A DNA stretch of 64,000 nt from an uncultured Chloroflexia bacterium (GCA_963797095.1 CAWCNY010000005.1:416001-480000); one strand, 5' to 3'. Positions 9,662 to 19,272 are shown, numbered from the stretch's first letter. Notes: a model not told the origin generated them from the letters alone. Numbers and translations: made by a program.

Positions 9662-10225
9662 GTGGACACAGACCAGGGAACATACATCGACGATGAGGAA
9701 GCGGAAGAAGAGCCTGCAAAACGAGGTCGTGGATGCCTCCCGTGGGTTATCATACTCGTTATCATCGTTGTGGGTGGACTGGCTACAGCGCCGCTTATCG
9801 GCCAGATAATCTTTCGTGAGGAAACCCCCTTGCCTGGGGAGGAATTCATCACAGACCTGGGGCTGCGCCTGCTGGCGGTTCCGAGTGACTATACCGACCG
9901 CAAGATGCCGGGCGGCACTGACCCCGCCACGGTACAATCGATGGCAGATAAGGGCAAAGAGCTGTTCGGGGTGGAATGCGCTGTGTGCCACGGCCAGGAT
10001 GGTAGGAGTGGCGTAGGCTGGGGTATCGCCATGTACCCGCCGCCCGCCAATCTGCACGCCGACCGCACGCAGACCAAGACTGATGGGCAGCTATTCTGGG
10101 AAATAGCTCATGGGATCAACCTCACAGGTATGCCCGCTTTCGGCAAAGACTTCCCAGGTGGTTATCACACGGATGAGGAGATCTGGTATCTGATCGCATA
10201 TATCCGCACTCTCAAGAACCAGTAA
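9662..10225 (+). CDS. Membrane-anchored monoheme c-type cytochrome
   Basis: One TM; CAVCH heme motif; MYPPPANL, DGQLFW.I.HGI..TGMPAFG; AGGAGG SD before GTG. Confidence 0.9.
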   Translation: MDTDQGTYIDDEEAEEEPAKRGRGCLPWVIILVIIVVGGLATAPLIGQIIFREETPLPGEEFITDLGLRLLAVPSDYTDRKMPGGTDPATVQSMADKGKELFGVECAVCHGQDGRSGVGWGIAMYPPPANLHADRTQTKTDGQLFWEIAHGINLTGMPAFGKDFPGGYHTDEEIWYLIAYIRTLKNQ

Positions 10226-10247
10226 CTCAAGCCCCTGAGCTCGCAAC

Positions 10248-10290
10248 AACCGAGTGGGAGGTCTCAACCGGAGGCTTCCACTCGGTTTTG
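10248..10290 (+). terminator. Intrinsic terminator
   Basis: AACCGAGTGGGAGGTCTC / GAGGCTTCCACTCGGTT stem followed by TTTTG. Confidence 0.7.
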
Positions 10291-10321
10291 ATTATTACAA
10301 TAGGGCAAAGGAGGCGATTGC

Positions 10322-10813
10322 ATGGACAAGATTTTCATTTTCGGTGACATTGATTATGTTACGATTGCTCGTGTCTTTCTGGCATTCGTGCTTGGAGGTG
10401 TCGTGGGGTTCGAGCGCGAGCGGGTGCACCGGCCAGCGGGGCTACGCACCCACATGCTCGTGGCGGCGGGGGCCGCGTGCTTCACGGTGGCCTCGATCTA
10501 CGGGTTCGATGGTCTTGGTACGTCACGCGACCCTGCACGGCTGGCGGCGCAGATCGTGACCGGCATTGGTTTCCTGGGGGCCGGGGCGATATTTCGCACA
10601 CGCTCGACTGTGCGCGGCTTGACTACAGCTTCGAGTATCTGGATAACGGCGGCCATCGGTATTGTTGCGGGCCTGGGTATGCTGACTCTTGCGGTTTTTA
10701 CCACGATTATTACGTGGTTCGCCCTTTATGTGCTCAAAGGGTTGGAGTTGCGAGAGGTGAGGGGCCGCGACAAGGGAGAGCCGTTCCAGACACAGCACGA
10801 TCAGGTGAATTGA
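10322..10813 (+). CDS. MgtC/SapB family membrane protein
   Basis: GFERE...AGLRTHMLV, DPARLAAQIVTGIGFLGAG, GLTTASSIW. Confidence 0.92.
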   Translation: MDKIFIFGDIDYVTIARVFLAFVLGGVVGFERERVHRPAGLRTHMLVAAGAACFTVASIYGFDGLGTSRDPARLAAQIVTGIGFLGAGAIFRTRSTVRGLTTASSIWITAAIGIVAGLGMLTLAVFTTIITWFALYVLKGLELREVRGRDKGEPFQTQHDQVN

Positions 10814-10873
10814 TGGTACAAGAGTTGAAGTCAGTTTGAGGTTTAGAGTGCTTTTATTCTGGGGAGATATTGC

Positions 10874-11380
10874 TTGAAAGCGGTCAGGATGATCGACAAT
10901 GGCATGATGGGAACCCGCAGGGTGGCGCGAGTGCGCAGGTTTGCTGAGGTTATGTTTGGGGTCACTTTGTGCTTGCTTCTGCTTGCCGGGTGCCTTGAAC
11001 AGGTACAGACGACACGTATTGCCGGGGGTGCACTGAGCAACTTCTTTGTTCACCTGGAAAAAGGAGAGCTTGACGACGCGATGGCCTATTTCGCGCCGGG
11101 GCTTGTTACGCCCTCCGCCGAGTTGGATTCGTCGGTTCAGGATGCCTCCAACGCCATCAGAAAGTATGAGTTCAGACAGGTGAAGTCCAGTGAGGAAGAC
11201 CTGGACAATGGCGAGAAGCAGGTAACATTGAAGGGGCAGGATCGCCAACGCACGCCTGATGGACAACCCACGCCCCGCCCCGATGATGGCTGGCAGGACA
11301 CTGACATCATTACCGCTCGCATGGTGGAGATAGGATCGGGGTGGCGGCTGCTCGATTTTGAGTTGTTGTGCTGCCGGTAG
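10874..11380 (+). CDS. Hypothetical lipoprotein (NTF2-like fold possible)
   Basis: LLLLAGC lipobox; C-terminal GWRLLD; start codon uncertain. Confidence 0.65.
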   Translation: MKAVRMIDNGMMGTRRVARVRRFAEVMFGVTLCLLLLAGCLEQVQTTRIAGGALSNFFVHLEKGELDDAMAYFAPGLVTPSAELDSSVQDASNAIRKYEFRQVKSSEEDLDNGEKQVTLKGQDRQRTPDGQPTPRPDDGWQDTDIITARMVEIGSGWRLLDFELLCCR

Positions 11381-11463
11381 TCGGTATTTCCTGCTTCCTA
11401 CAATCGTCAATAGTCCCTACCGACTACCGACTACCGACTACCGACTACCGACTACCGACTACC
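11375..11463. repeat. Heptamer tandem repeat (CTACCGA)x6.7 with inverted arm
   Basis: Six perfect CTACCGA units at 11417-11458 plus CTACC; inverted arm CGGTAGTCGGTA at 11375-11386 contains the TAG stop; lies between convergent genes. Confidence 0.95.
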
Positions 11464-11466
11464 CTA

Positions 11467-12030
11467 TCAATAGTAATCGGTATAAAGAAGCAAGCCAAAG
11501 AGGCCGAGGTTGGCGAGGATCAACGTCAGGTCGCGCTTCTGGTCGTCGGTGAGGTCGCCTTGCCGCCAGCGTCCTGCCAGTTGAGCGAAGTAGAGCAGCA
11601 TGTACGAGAACTGGGTTGCCATATAGATGAAGTGGTAATAACCGAGCAGATTCCAGCGCCAGGGGCGAGGCATGGTCCAGTTGACGAGGCCGCCCCGCCC
11701 CTGTGCTACATGGAATAAGAGAGACACCGCGCTACCACCCAGGATCGGCAGAAGGGCGGTTCGCCCGCTGAGCTTGGGCTGCCAGCGCACGAATGACCTA
11801 ATTATCAGCACATTGATAAATGGCAGGATGATCCCATCGCCGAATATGGCTGAACGAAAGGTGAGCGTTGGCCTGTACTGCTTGATAAGTGGATTGCCTG
11901 TAATAAGCATCCAGACGTTCGTACCGCCCGACACTCCCAGGGCCGCCGCGAACGTGGCCAGCGCGGTGGCGATCAGCAACGCAGGATCCTGGGGATTTTG
12001 GATTTTGGACTTTGGATTTTGGATTTTCAT
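11467..12030 (-). CDS. Hypothetical integral membrane protein (N-terminus encoded by a heptamer repeat)
   Basis: About 5 TM segments; ATG 12030 is followed directly by the repeat-encoded KIQNPKSKIQNP. Confidence 0.7.
   Translation of the reverse strand: MKIQNPKSKIQNPQDPALLIATALATFAAALGVSGGTNVWMLITGNPLIKQYRPTLTFRSAIFGDGIILPFINVLIIRSFVRWQPKLSGRTALLPILGGSAVSLLFHVAQGRGGLVNWTMPRPWRWNLLGYYHFIYMATQFSYMLLYFAQLAGRWRQGDLTDDQKRDLTLILANLGLFGLLLYTDYY
11993..12027. repeat. Heptamer tandem repeat (GGATTTT)x5, CCAAAAT type on the minus strand
   Basis: GGATTTT GGATTTT GGACTTT GGATTTT GGATTTT adjacent to CAT 12028-12030. Confidence 0.9.
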
Positions 12031-12126
12031 TTTGCTCAGGTAATCTATCGCATTTCGGCTGGCGGTCGTCCGGTGCCTGGTCTCATGATATAATATCGTA
12101 CCGCTGAAAAAGTAAGGAGCACAAAC

Positions 12127-13320
12127 GTGATCCAGACCGATCCCTATCTTGCCCGTATGGCTCAACGGGTGCGCCCTATTGGCGTTTCGATCTTCTCAGA
12201 AATGAGCCGTCTGGCAATGGAACACAAGGCCGTGAACCTGTCGCAAGGCTTCCCAGACTTCGAGACACCCGATTGGATCAAAGAGGCCGCGCGGGAGGCG
12301 ATTTCTCGCAACATCAACCAGTACGCCATCAGCAACGGCTCGGTGCGTCTGCGGAGGGCCGTGGCTCGCAAGTCGGAGAGGACAATGGGCATCAGTTGGC
12401 ACGAAGACCGAGAAGTCACCGTAACCAACGGGTGCACCGAAGCTATTTTTGACGTAATCCAGGCGCTTGTCAACCCCGGCGACGAAGTTATCGTCTTCGA
12501 GCCGTACTACAACTCGTATGTTCCCTCAATCGAGATCGCGGGCGGATTACCCAGATTCGTCACACTCAGGGCGCCCGACTGGTCTTTCAACCACGAAGAG
12601 CTTATAGCCGCTTTCAATAGCAAAACACGCGCCATCATCATCAACACTCCCCACAACCCCACAGGCAAAGTCTTCTCAGAAGAGGAGATGCTTTTCATAG
12701 CGAACCTGTGCCGGCAGCACGATGCGCTGGCTATCACCGATGAGGTCTATGAACACCTGATCTTTGATGGGGCAACGCATGTCTACATGGCGTCGCTGCC
12801 CGGCATGCGTGACCGGACGGTCACGATGAGCTCGGCATCCAAGACCTTCTCGGTTACGGGGTGGAAGGCGGGGTGGGTGGTGGCCGCGCCCGACCTCACC
12901 GACGCGCTCAGGCGGGTGCACCAGTTCGTGACCTATTGCAGCGCTGCGCCTTTGCAGGAAGCGGTAGCGATTGCTCTTGAGGAAGCAGAAGGGAACGGCT
13001 ATTACGAGAAATTCGTCGAGGATTATACGCCCAGGCTGGACCTATTGCAGTCGTATCTTGAAGAAGCTGGGCTAAATCCGATCAGGCCGCAGGGCACTTT
13101 CTTTGTCATGTCCGATATTTCGGGGCTGGGGTTCGATGATGACGTACAGTTCGCCCGGTATATGACCGCCGAGGTGGGGGTTGCCTGCATACCACCTTCG
13201 GCTTTCTACTCCACGTCGGACGACGGCAAGCAACTGGCCCGGTGGTGCTTTGCCAAGCGCGACGAGACCTTGCGGGCGGCGGGTGAGCGGCTGGTCAAAT
13301 GGGCAGCGGGCAGACGATAG
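12127..13320 (+). CDS. PLP-dependent class I/II aminotransferase (methionine aminotransferase/YbdL-like)
   Basis: NLSQGFPDF, NTPHNPTGKV, DEVYEH, SASKTFSVTGWK; TGaTATAAT at 12086-12094; AAGGAG SD. Confidence 0.9.
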   Translation: MIQTDPYLARMAQRVRPIGVSIFSEMSRLAMEHKAVNLSQGFPDFETPDWIKEAAREAISRNINQYAISNGSVRLRRAVARKSERTMGISWHEDREVTVTNGCTEAIFDVIQALVNPGDEVIVFEPYYNSYVPSIEIAGGLPRFVTLRAPDWSFNHEELIAAFNSKTRAIIINTPHNPTGKVFSEEEMLFIANLCRQHDALAITDEVYEHLIFDGATHVYMASLPGMRDRTVTMSSASKTFSVTGWKAGWVVAAPDLTDALRRVHQFVTYCSAAPLQEAVAIALEEAEGNGYYEKFVEDYTPRLDLLQSYLEEAGLNPIRPQGTFFVMSDISGLGFDDDVQFARYMTAEVGVACIPPSAFYSTSDDGKQLARWCFAKRDETLRAAGERLVKWAAGRR

Positions 13321-13338
13321 CCGACCGGTTGGTATCCA
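13320..13338 (+). promoter_or_regulatory. Putative TetR-type operator palindrome overlapping an extended -10
   Basis: GCCGACCGGTTGGT is 12/14 to the palindrome ACCGACCGGTCGGT; a related site is at 17901-17914. Confidence 0.35.
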
Positions 13339-13367
13339 AATTTGCGATGCAGAATGGGGAGGGTTCG

Positions 13368-13601
13368 ATGAAACGATTGTCTTTTGTGGTGCTAGCGATC
13401 GTCGCGGTGGTTGTGATCGTCCGGGTGGCGAAGGAATCTGCGCGTGCAAGGGAATGGCTTGTGGACCCCCGGTGGAAGGAAGCGGTAGAAAATTACAATA
13501 AGGCCCGCGAGCGCCATGCTCCGCAGGTTGAGATAGAGCAAAGAAAGCGCGAGATCGGTCAGATAGTTAAGCAACTGCGGGCGGAACAAGCCCAAAGATA
13601 G
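13368..13601 (+). CDS. Small hypothetical membrane protein
   Basis: GGAGG SD, ATG 13368, N-terminal TM, charged helical tail. Confidence 0.65.
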   Translation: MKRLSFVVLAIVAVVVIVRVAKESARAREWLVDPRWKEAVENYNKARERHAPQVEIEQRKREIGQIVKQLRAEQAQR

Positions 13602-13633
13602 AAAACAAAAGGAACGAGGATAGCAAAATACAT

Positions 13634-14770
13634 ATGGACTTTAATCTCAATCCACATCAAATAGAGCTTCGAAACAGAATCAGGGCATTTGCGGAGCGCG
13701 AGCTTCAACCGACCGTGGCGGAACGAGACGACGCGGGCCGGTTCGACAGGTGGGTATTCGATAAGTGCGTGGAGGCCGGGCTGGCCGGGCTGCCTTTTCC
13801 CGAGGCGTATTGGGGGGGAGGAGGGAGCATCCTCGATTACATAGTGGCCCTGGAGGAGATCGGGCGAGTAGAGTTGGCACAGGTGCTCGTGCTGGCATCG
13901 CATATCGCCCCGATGACATGCCTGTTGCAGCATGGCACGGAGGAACAGAAGCAGAAATGGCTCGCACCACTGTGCAAGGGTGAGAAGCTGGCGTGCTTCA
14001 GCATCACCGAGCCGGGAGCAGGGTCCGACCCGGCTTCCATGAAGTCCACGGCAGTGCGCGAAGGGGACGATTATGTGTTGAACGGCAGGAAGACCTTCGC
14101 CACCAATTCCGGTGCCGCCGATACTTATGTGATCTTTGTCTCGACAAACCTGGAGGCCGGTGGCAGAGGGGTAACGGCCTTTATCGTGGAACGTGATACT
14201 CCCGGCCTGTCGTTCGGGGAGCCTATACAGAAGATGGGTGTGCGCACATCGGTGCAGCGCGAGGTGTACCTGGAAAATGTGCGCGTACCTGCCGAGCAGC
14301 GGCTGGGAGATGAGGGGCAGGGTCTGCGGATTGCACTGGCGGCGCTTGACGTGGGTCGCATCGAGATCGCGGCGCAGGGGGTAGGGATCGGGCAAGCGTC
14401 GTATGACTTCGCGCTGAATCACGCCAAGCAGAGGCAGCAATTCGGGTCGGCCATCGGGCAGAACCAGGCGGTCAGCTTTATGCTGGCCGATATGCACGTG
14501 GGGATCGAGTCGGCGCGGTTCCTGACATACAGGGCGGCGTGCAACTACGACGAGGGTAAGCCGTTTGCGAAGGAAGCGGCCATGGCGAAACTACTCGCCA
14601 CCGACACGGCTATGAAAGTCAGCGTGGATGCGGTGCAATTGCTTGGCGGGTTCGGGGTGACTAAAGCAAGCCCGGTGGAGCGATTCATGAGGGACGCGAA
14701 GGTGACCCAAATCTACGAGGGCACGAACCAGGTGCAGCGCATGGTGATCGCTGGGCACATAATGAAGTGA
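13634..14770 (+). CDS. Acyl-CoA dehydrogenase
   Basis: FSITEPGAGSD, LNGRKTFATN, KMGVR, RDAKVTQIYEGTNQVQR. Confidence 0.95.
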   Translation: MDFNLNPHQIELRNRIRAFAERELQPTVAERDDAGRFDRWVFDKCVEAGLAGLPFPEAYWGGGGSILDYIVALEEIGRVELAQVLVLASHIAPMTCLLQHGTEEQKQKWLAPLCKGEKLACFSITEPGAGSDPASMKSTAVREGDDYVLNGRKTFATNSGAADTYVIFVSTNLEAGGRGVTAFIVERDTPGLSFGEPIQKMGVRTSVQREVYLENVRVPAEQRLGDEGQGLRIALAALDVGRIEIAAQGVGIGQASYDFALNHAKQRQQFGSAIGQNQAVSFMLADMHVGIESARFLTYRAACNYDEGKPFAKEAAMAKLLATDTAMKVSVDAVQLLGGFGVTKASPVERFMRDAKVTQIYEGTNQVQRMVIAGHIMK

Positions 14771-14954
14771 GAGCGGCCCGGCTGCCGCCGGTTGTTTTGG
14801 GCGCGGCGATTGAAGTGGGGAAGGGAACGGAAATTGCTCGGAATGATGGGATTCCGTCACATTTCCTGGGCGTGTTCCGTCATAGTGGTGGCTGGGCAAG
14901 CCTGGCCGAGGAGCGGTAATGAGGTAATAAGTAAAGAGTGAGGCTAAAGCCAAA

Positions 14955-15404
14955 ATGAGCGCATCGAAGATATTAGCACGGCAGGGGCACAGAATGCTGC
15001 AGCTTGGGATAGGCCATTTCGTGTTTTCGGGTCTGGAGGGGTTTGCGATCCCGGTCCTGCCAGTACCGGCTCTGGGGCGATCCGTGCATACCCTGAGCGG
15101 CCTTCAGGGGGTCATGTTGCTGGCGCTGGGGTTGTTGTGGCCCAGGCTCAAGCTGGGGGCTACGGCTTCGCGGGTGGCATACTTGACCTATGTATATTCG
15201 AGCCTGGCGACGCTGGTGCCATTCGTGCTGGCCGCGATGTGGGGAGCAGGGAATACGACGATACCGCTGGCCGCTGGAAGCGCACGCGGGACCAAACGGC
15301 AGGAGGCCATCATCAAAGGTGTAATTTACTCGGCTGCGCCGACGTTTTTCGTGTCTATGGCTCTGGTGCTGTGGGGTCTGCGCAGCGAGGATAAGAAGGG
15401 CTGA
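14955..15404 (+). CDS. Four-TM membrane protein, possibly related to heme-binding styrene-oxide isomerase (StyC)
   Basis: GRSVHTLSGLQGVMLLALGLLWPRL resembles the His-heme helix of StyC as recalled; 4 hydrophobic segments. Confidence 0.45.
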   Translation: MSASKILARQGHRMLQLGIGHFVFSGLEGFAIPVLPVPALGRSVHTLSGLQGVMLLALGLLWPRLKLGATASRVAYLTYVYSSLATLVPFVLAAMWGAGNTTIPLAAGSARGTKRQEAIIKGVIYSAAPTFFVSMALVLWGLRSEDKKG

Positions 15405-15418
15405 AGAGAAATAAGAGA

Positions 15419-16042
15419 TTAGAGATCGGGCACAACCAACCATTCTTTCAGGAGAAGCATAGCTCGCTCCACAGCAGCTACGTTCTCAGGCTCGTTGAGC
15501 CAACGGCTTACGCCTGATGGGTGTGGGAGTGGGAGGTAGCGCACGCCATCGCGCACAAAGCCGGTGCCGACGACGGCGCTGAGAGAGGGGACGCGCCCGA
15601 GGAAAGTGTGGATAGCTAGCAAGCCGACCAGGAGGACGAATCGAGGCCGGAGCAAGGCAAACTGGCCGTCGAGCCAGGGGCGGCAAAGCTCTTGCTCGCG
15701 TGGGGTGGGCACGCGGTCGCCTCGCGCGCCGGGGCGGCGACCGGGATAGCATTTGGTCACGGCGCTGAAGTGGATCATGCGCCAGAAGTCGTCGCGGGGG
15801 ATGCCCGCCAATTCCATCCAGTCGCGCAGCTTGTCACCGGCGGCGCCCGCGAAGGGTCTGTTCTCGTTTGTGGCGCGGAGGCCAGGGGCCTGACCTACAA
15901 GCAAGATGCGTGGGAGAGGCGCATCCGGCTCAGGGTCGCGGGCCACGGGCACCGACTCACGCTCATCGAGGAAGCCCTCAATATGGCAAAGTCGGCACGC
16001 GCGCAGCCTCCGGTTGAAGTCGATGATAGAGGCATGATCCAA
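15419..16042 (-). CDS. Uracil-DNA glycosylase family protein (family 4/5-like, Fe-S)
   Basis: CRLC, LLVGQAPG, AVTKCYPG, LCRPWL, LPHPS. Confidence 0.88.
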   Translation of the reverse strand: MDHASIIDFNRRLRACRLCHIEGFLDERESVPVARDPEPDAPLPRILLVGQAPGLRATNENRPFAGAAGDKLRDWMELAGIPRDDFWRMIHFSAVTKCYPGRRPGARGDRVPTPREQELCRPWLDGQFALLRPRFVLLVGLLAIHTFLGRVPSLSAVVGTGFVRDGVRYLPLPHPSGVSRWLNEPENVAAVERAMLLLKEWLVVPDL

Positions 16043-16072
16043 AGCGAGTGCTCTTTTTGTGCACGTAGGGTT

Positions 16073-16948
16073 TCAGGGCTCGCGTATGAGACTGCGGAGG
16101 AGTGCCATGTTCTCCTTGTCTTCGGCCAGGTCTTCCCCTTTGGGCGTTTCGAGGATCTTGGGTATGCCTGCCAGGCGTGAGTCGTTCATTATGAAGCGGA
16201 ACGGCTCCAGGCCAAGCATGCCCTTGCCGATATGGTCGTGGCGATCCACGCGCGAGCCGAGTCCCTTCTTCGAGTCGTTCATGTGAATGGCGCGTAGCCT
16301 TTCCAGCCCCACGATTCTATCGAACAACTCCACCATACGCTCGTACTTGTATTCGTCGGTGAAGTCGATGCCCGCCGCGTAGAGGTGGCAGGTGTCCCAG
16401 CATACGCCAATGCGCGGCTTATTCTCCTGGTCCACGTCGGCTATCACATCGCGTAGGTGCTCAAAAGCGTAGCAGAGAGATGTGCCTTGCCCGGCGGTCG
16501 TTTCCAGGAGCACGGTCACATTCTGGCCTGGTCGTTCGGCCAGGATGCGGTCCAGCCCGGCTGCAATCCTGCGCAGACCTGCTTCCTCGCCCGATCCCAT
16601 GTGCGCCCCGGCGTGGGTCACAAGGCCGGGGATGCCGAGGGCAGCGCACCTGTCCAACTCGTGGCCGAAGGCCGCCAGCGACTTCTCCCACAGCGCGTCG
16701 TCGGGGGTTGCGAGGTTGATCAGGTAGGAGTCGTGCGCTACCAGATCGGAATTAATGTATCCGGCCCGATTGAGCGAATTCTTGAAAAGCTCGATCTCGT
16801 TGTCGGCGATTGGTTTGGCCGCCCATTGGTTTGCGTTCTTGGTGAAAAGCTGCACGACTGTGCACCCGATGCCGCAGCCTCGGTCGAGTGCTTTGTAATA
16901 GCCGCCGGCGATAGACATATGCGCGCCTAGTTTCAATTCCTGGCTCAA
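16073..16948 (-). CDS. nfo: Endonuclease IV
   Basis: GAHMSIAGG, HDSYLINL, LLETTAGQG, CWDTCH, HMNDSK..LGSRVDRH, ILETP. Confidence 0.95.
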   Translation of the reverse strand: MSQELKLGAHMSIAGGYYKALDRGCGIGCTVVQLFTKNANQWAAKPIADNEIELFKNSLNRAGYINSDLVAHDSYLINLATPDDALWEKSLAAFGHELDRCAALGIPGLVTHAGAHMGSGEEAGLRRIAAGLDRILAERPGQNVTVLLETTAGQGTSLCYAFEHLRDVIADVDQENKPRIGVCWDTCHLYAAGIDFTDEYKYERMVELFDRIVGLERLRAIHMNDSKKGLGSRVDRHDHIGKGMLGLEPFRFIMNDSRLAGIPKILETPKGEDLAEDKENMALLRSLIREP

Positions 16949-16983
16949 AGATGGTTTCTCCTAACGGTAAGATTATTGAGGCT

Positions 16984-17760
16984 TTACCTGCTGAACTTGA
17001 TAGTTGACAGAATCTTGTATGTAGTTGTGATAGCAGAGGTAAGCGGAGTATCGTTTACATCAGCCGACATAGCCGAGACAGTCGTCCATTCGATATTGAC
17101 CACTGGCGGGTTAGTTTGGAAGTTGATGTCGCCCTGGATGTTGGCCGAAGCCGTGCCAACATCCGCCATCTTCGATTGGCTCTGAGCGGCATAGAGTACA
17201 CGTTGGCCTGAGATAACGAACGCACCATGTAGAGGATAAAGGTCATCCCTTATGTTGGGCGGAGCGAACAGAAGCGTACCATCAGGATAAAGCGTCCAGA
17301 TTGTGCCCAAGAAGCGATCCCTCGCACTATCCACCCACTCCGGTTTGCCTTCGACCTGTTCCAGTTGAAGTATCACATCAGCTTGAAAAACTGAGGGATA
17401 GCTAAGCTGATTGGGGTCAGTAATTACCAGGGTTGCCGAGCCGCTGGGGGTTGAAGTTGGTGAAGGTGTGGAAGTGGGCGTTTCGACAAGAACAACGGTC
17501 GATGACGTTGTATTGGATGACGTTGTATTGGGTGATATAGACGAGGTTGTAGGCTGGTCGGTAACGATCTTTGCCACTATAGGCCCACCCAGCCCTACTA
17601 TGGCGGCAAGTAGGCTGAATATGCCTGTGACTATGGCAACTCTAATGGCAGAATTGTCGTTCGACGCGCTAACTGCTGCCCTATCTCCTGAGGTGTCTTT
17701 CGGGATGTCTGCTGGAGTGCCTTCGGCGCGCGTGTCGAGCTGTGGATCGTGAGAGGCCAT
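16984..17760 (-). CDS. Hypothetical membrane-anchored protein with S/T/P-rich linker
   Basis: One TM (VAIVTGIFSLLAAIVGLGG), low-complexity linker, extracellular domain. Confidence 0.65.
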   Translation of the reverse strand: MASHDPQLDTRAEGTPADIPKDTSGDRAAVSASNDNSAIRVAIVTGIFSLLAAIVGLGGPIVAKIVTDQPTTSSISPNTTSSNTTSSTVVLVETPTSTPSPTSTPSGSATLVITDPNQLSYPSVFQADVILQLEQVEGKPEWVDSARDRFLGTIWTLYPDGTLLFAPPNIRDDLYPLHGAFVISGQRVLYAAQSQSKMADVGTASANIQGDINFQTNPPVVNIEWTTVSAMSADVNDTPLTSAITTTYKILSTIKFSR

Positions 17761-17878
17761 CGCCACATCCTTGCGTACCAACAAAGTGATGTTGTGTGGA
17801 TTTTAGCATAGGACATCATGGACCGCAACGCAACCTGCAAACGCCAACAGAGCACTTTGCAGGGTGGCGGATGTTCGA

Positions 17879-17914
17879 TTGACACCTTGCCCTACTGATG
17901 ATAGACTGGTCGGT
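17879..17914 (+). promoter_or_regulatory. Promoter TTGACA-N17-(TG)TAGACT with overlapping TetR-like site
   Basis: -35 at 17879-17884, -10 at 17902-17907, TG at 17899-17900; ATAGACTGGTCGGT at 17901-17914. Confidence 0.65.
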
Positions 17915-17975
17915 GTAAGATGGCTCATAGTGGCCTGAAAATGAGAGGTCACAATATCAACATGAGGTGCAATTG

Positions 17976-19232
17976 ATGGATTTTCTACTCAACGAAGAGC
18001 AGAGAGCAGTACAGAAACTAACATACGATTTCGCCCAGAACGAAATCGCTCCCTATGCACGCGAGCATGACGAGCAGGGCACTATCAACTGGGATGCCCT
18101 CAAGAAGTTGGGGCAGTTGGGCCTGCTTGGAGGACCGATCCCCGAGGAATATGGAGGGTCCGGCTTCGATTATGTGTCGTTCGGCCTGATTTGCGAAGAG
18201 ATCGAGCGTGCCGAGACCGCGTTCAGGGTGGTCCAGAGCGTTCACGTGGGCCTCAATTCGCTGACACTGCTACAGTGGGGCAATGAGGAGCAGAAGCAGA
18301 AGTACCTAGTCCCTCAAGCCAAAGGCGAGAAGCTGGCGACCTTCGGCCTCACCGAGCCGGGCGCTGGGTCTGATGCGGGCAACGTCGCTACCACAGCGCG
18401 CAAAGACGGCGATCACTACATCCTGAATGGCTCTAAACTCTGGATCAGCCTGGCCGATGTGGCCGACCACTTCCTGGTGTTCGCCTCGCTCGACCGCTCG
18501 AAGAAGCACCACGGCATGGGCGCTTTCATTCTTGAGCGCGGTATGGAAGGGCTGAGCACAGGCACGATCCACGGCAAACTGGGCGTGCGCGCGGGGAACA
18601 CAGGCGAGATCGTCATGCAGGACGTACGCGTGCCCAAAGAAAACCTTGTAGGAGAGGAAGGCGAAGGTTTCGCCATAGCCATGTCCGCGTTGGACTGGGG
18701 GCGCTTCACGGTCGGTACTGGCGCGGTGGGGTTGGCCCAGGCATGCCTGGATGCCTCGGTGAAATATGCCAATGAGAGGAACGCCTTCGGCAGGCCTGTA
18801 GGCAAGTTCCAGCTTGTGCAACAAATGATCGCCAAGATGGTGGCGGGTATTGAGACCTCACGATTATTGTGCTATCGCGTGGGGTGGATGAAGAATTACG
18901 GTATGAAAACCACCCGCGAAACGTCCCTTGCCAAGTGGCACGCCTGCAACGTGGCCTTCGAGAGCGCCAACGACGCGATAGAGGTTCACGGCGCATATGG
19001 CTACTCGTCCGAATATCCTGTAGAGCGCTATCTACGGAACAGCCGGGGTGCGGTCATTTATGAGGGCACCCGCGAGATTCACACGGTGATGCAGGGCGAG
19101 TACGCACTCGGATACCGCCAGGATAAGCCATACCGCTGCCCACCGCCGCCCGCTGTCGGCTACGAACGCAAGGATATGTACAACTCGGTGAGCGCACTGC
19201 ACTATCCGTTCGCGCTACCGCAGGATGAGTAG
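17976..19232 (+). CDS. Acyl-CoA dehydrogenase
   Basis: FGLTEPGAGSD, LNGSKLWIS, KLGVRA, IYEGTREIH. Confidence 0.95.
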   Translation: MDFLLNEEQRAVQKLTYDFAQNEIAPYAREHDEQGTINWDALKKLGQLGLLGGPIPEEYGGSGFDYVSFGLICEEIERAETAFRVVQSVHVGLNSLTLLQWGNEEQKQKYLVPQAKGEKLATFGLTEPGAGSDAGNVATTARKDGDHYILNGSKLWISLADVADHFLVFASLDRSKKHHGMGAFILERGMEGLSTGTIHGKLGVRAGNTGEIVMQDVRVPKENLVGEEGEGFAIAMSALDWGRFTVGTGAVGLAQACLDASVKYANERNAFGRPVGKFQLVQQMIAKMVAGIETSRLLCYRVGWMKNYGMKTTRETSLAKWHACNVAFESANDAIEVHGAYGYSSEYPVERYLRNSRGAVIYEGTREIHTVMQGEYALGYRQDKPYRCPPPPAVGYERKDMYNSVSALHYPFALPQDE

Positions 19233-19272
19233 TCAAAGTAATGCAAAGACGAGTATCAAAGGAGATAGTAAG

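Noticed and set aside
11417-11463. Tandem repeats as a CRISPR array
   Set aside because: The units are 7 bp with no spacers, and no cas genes are in the window
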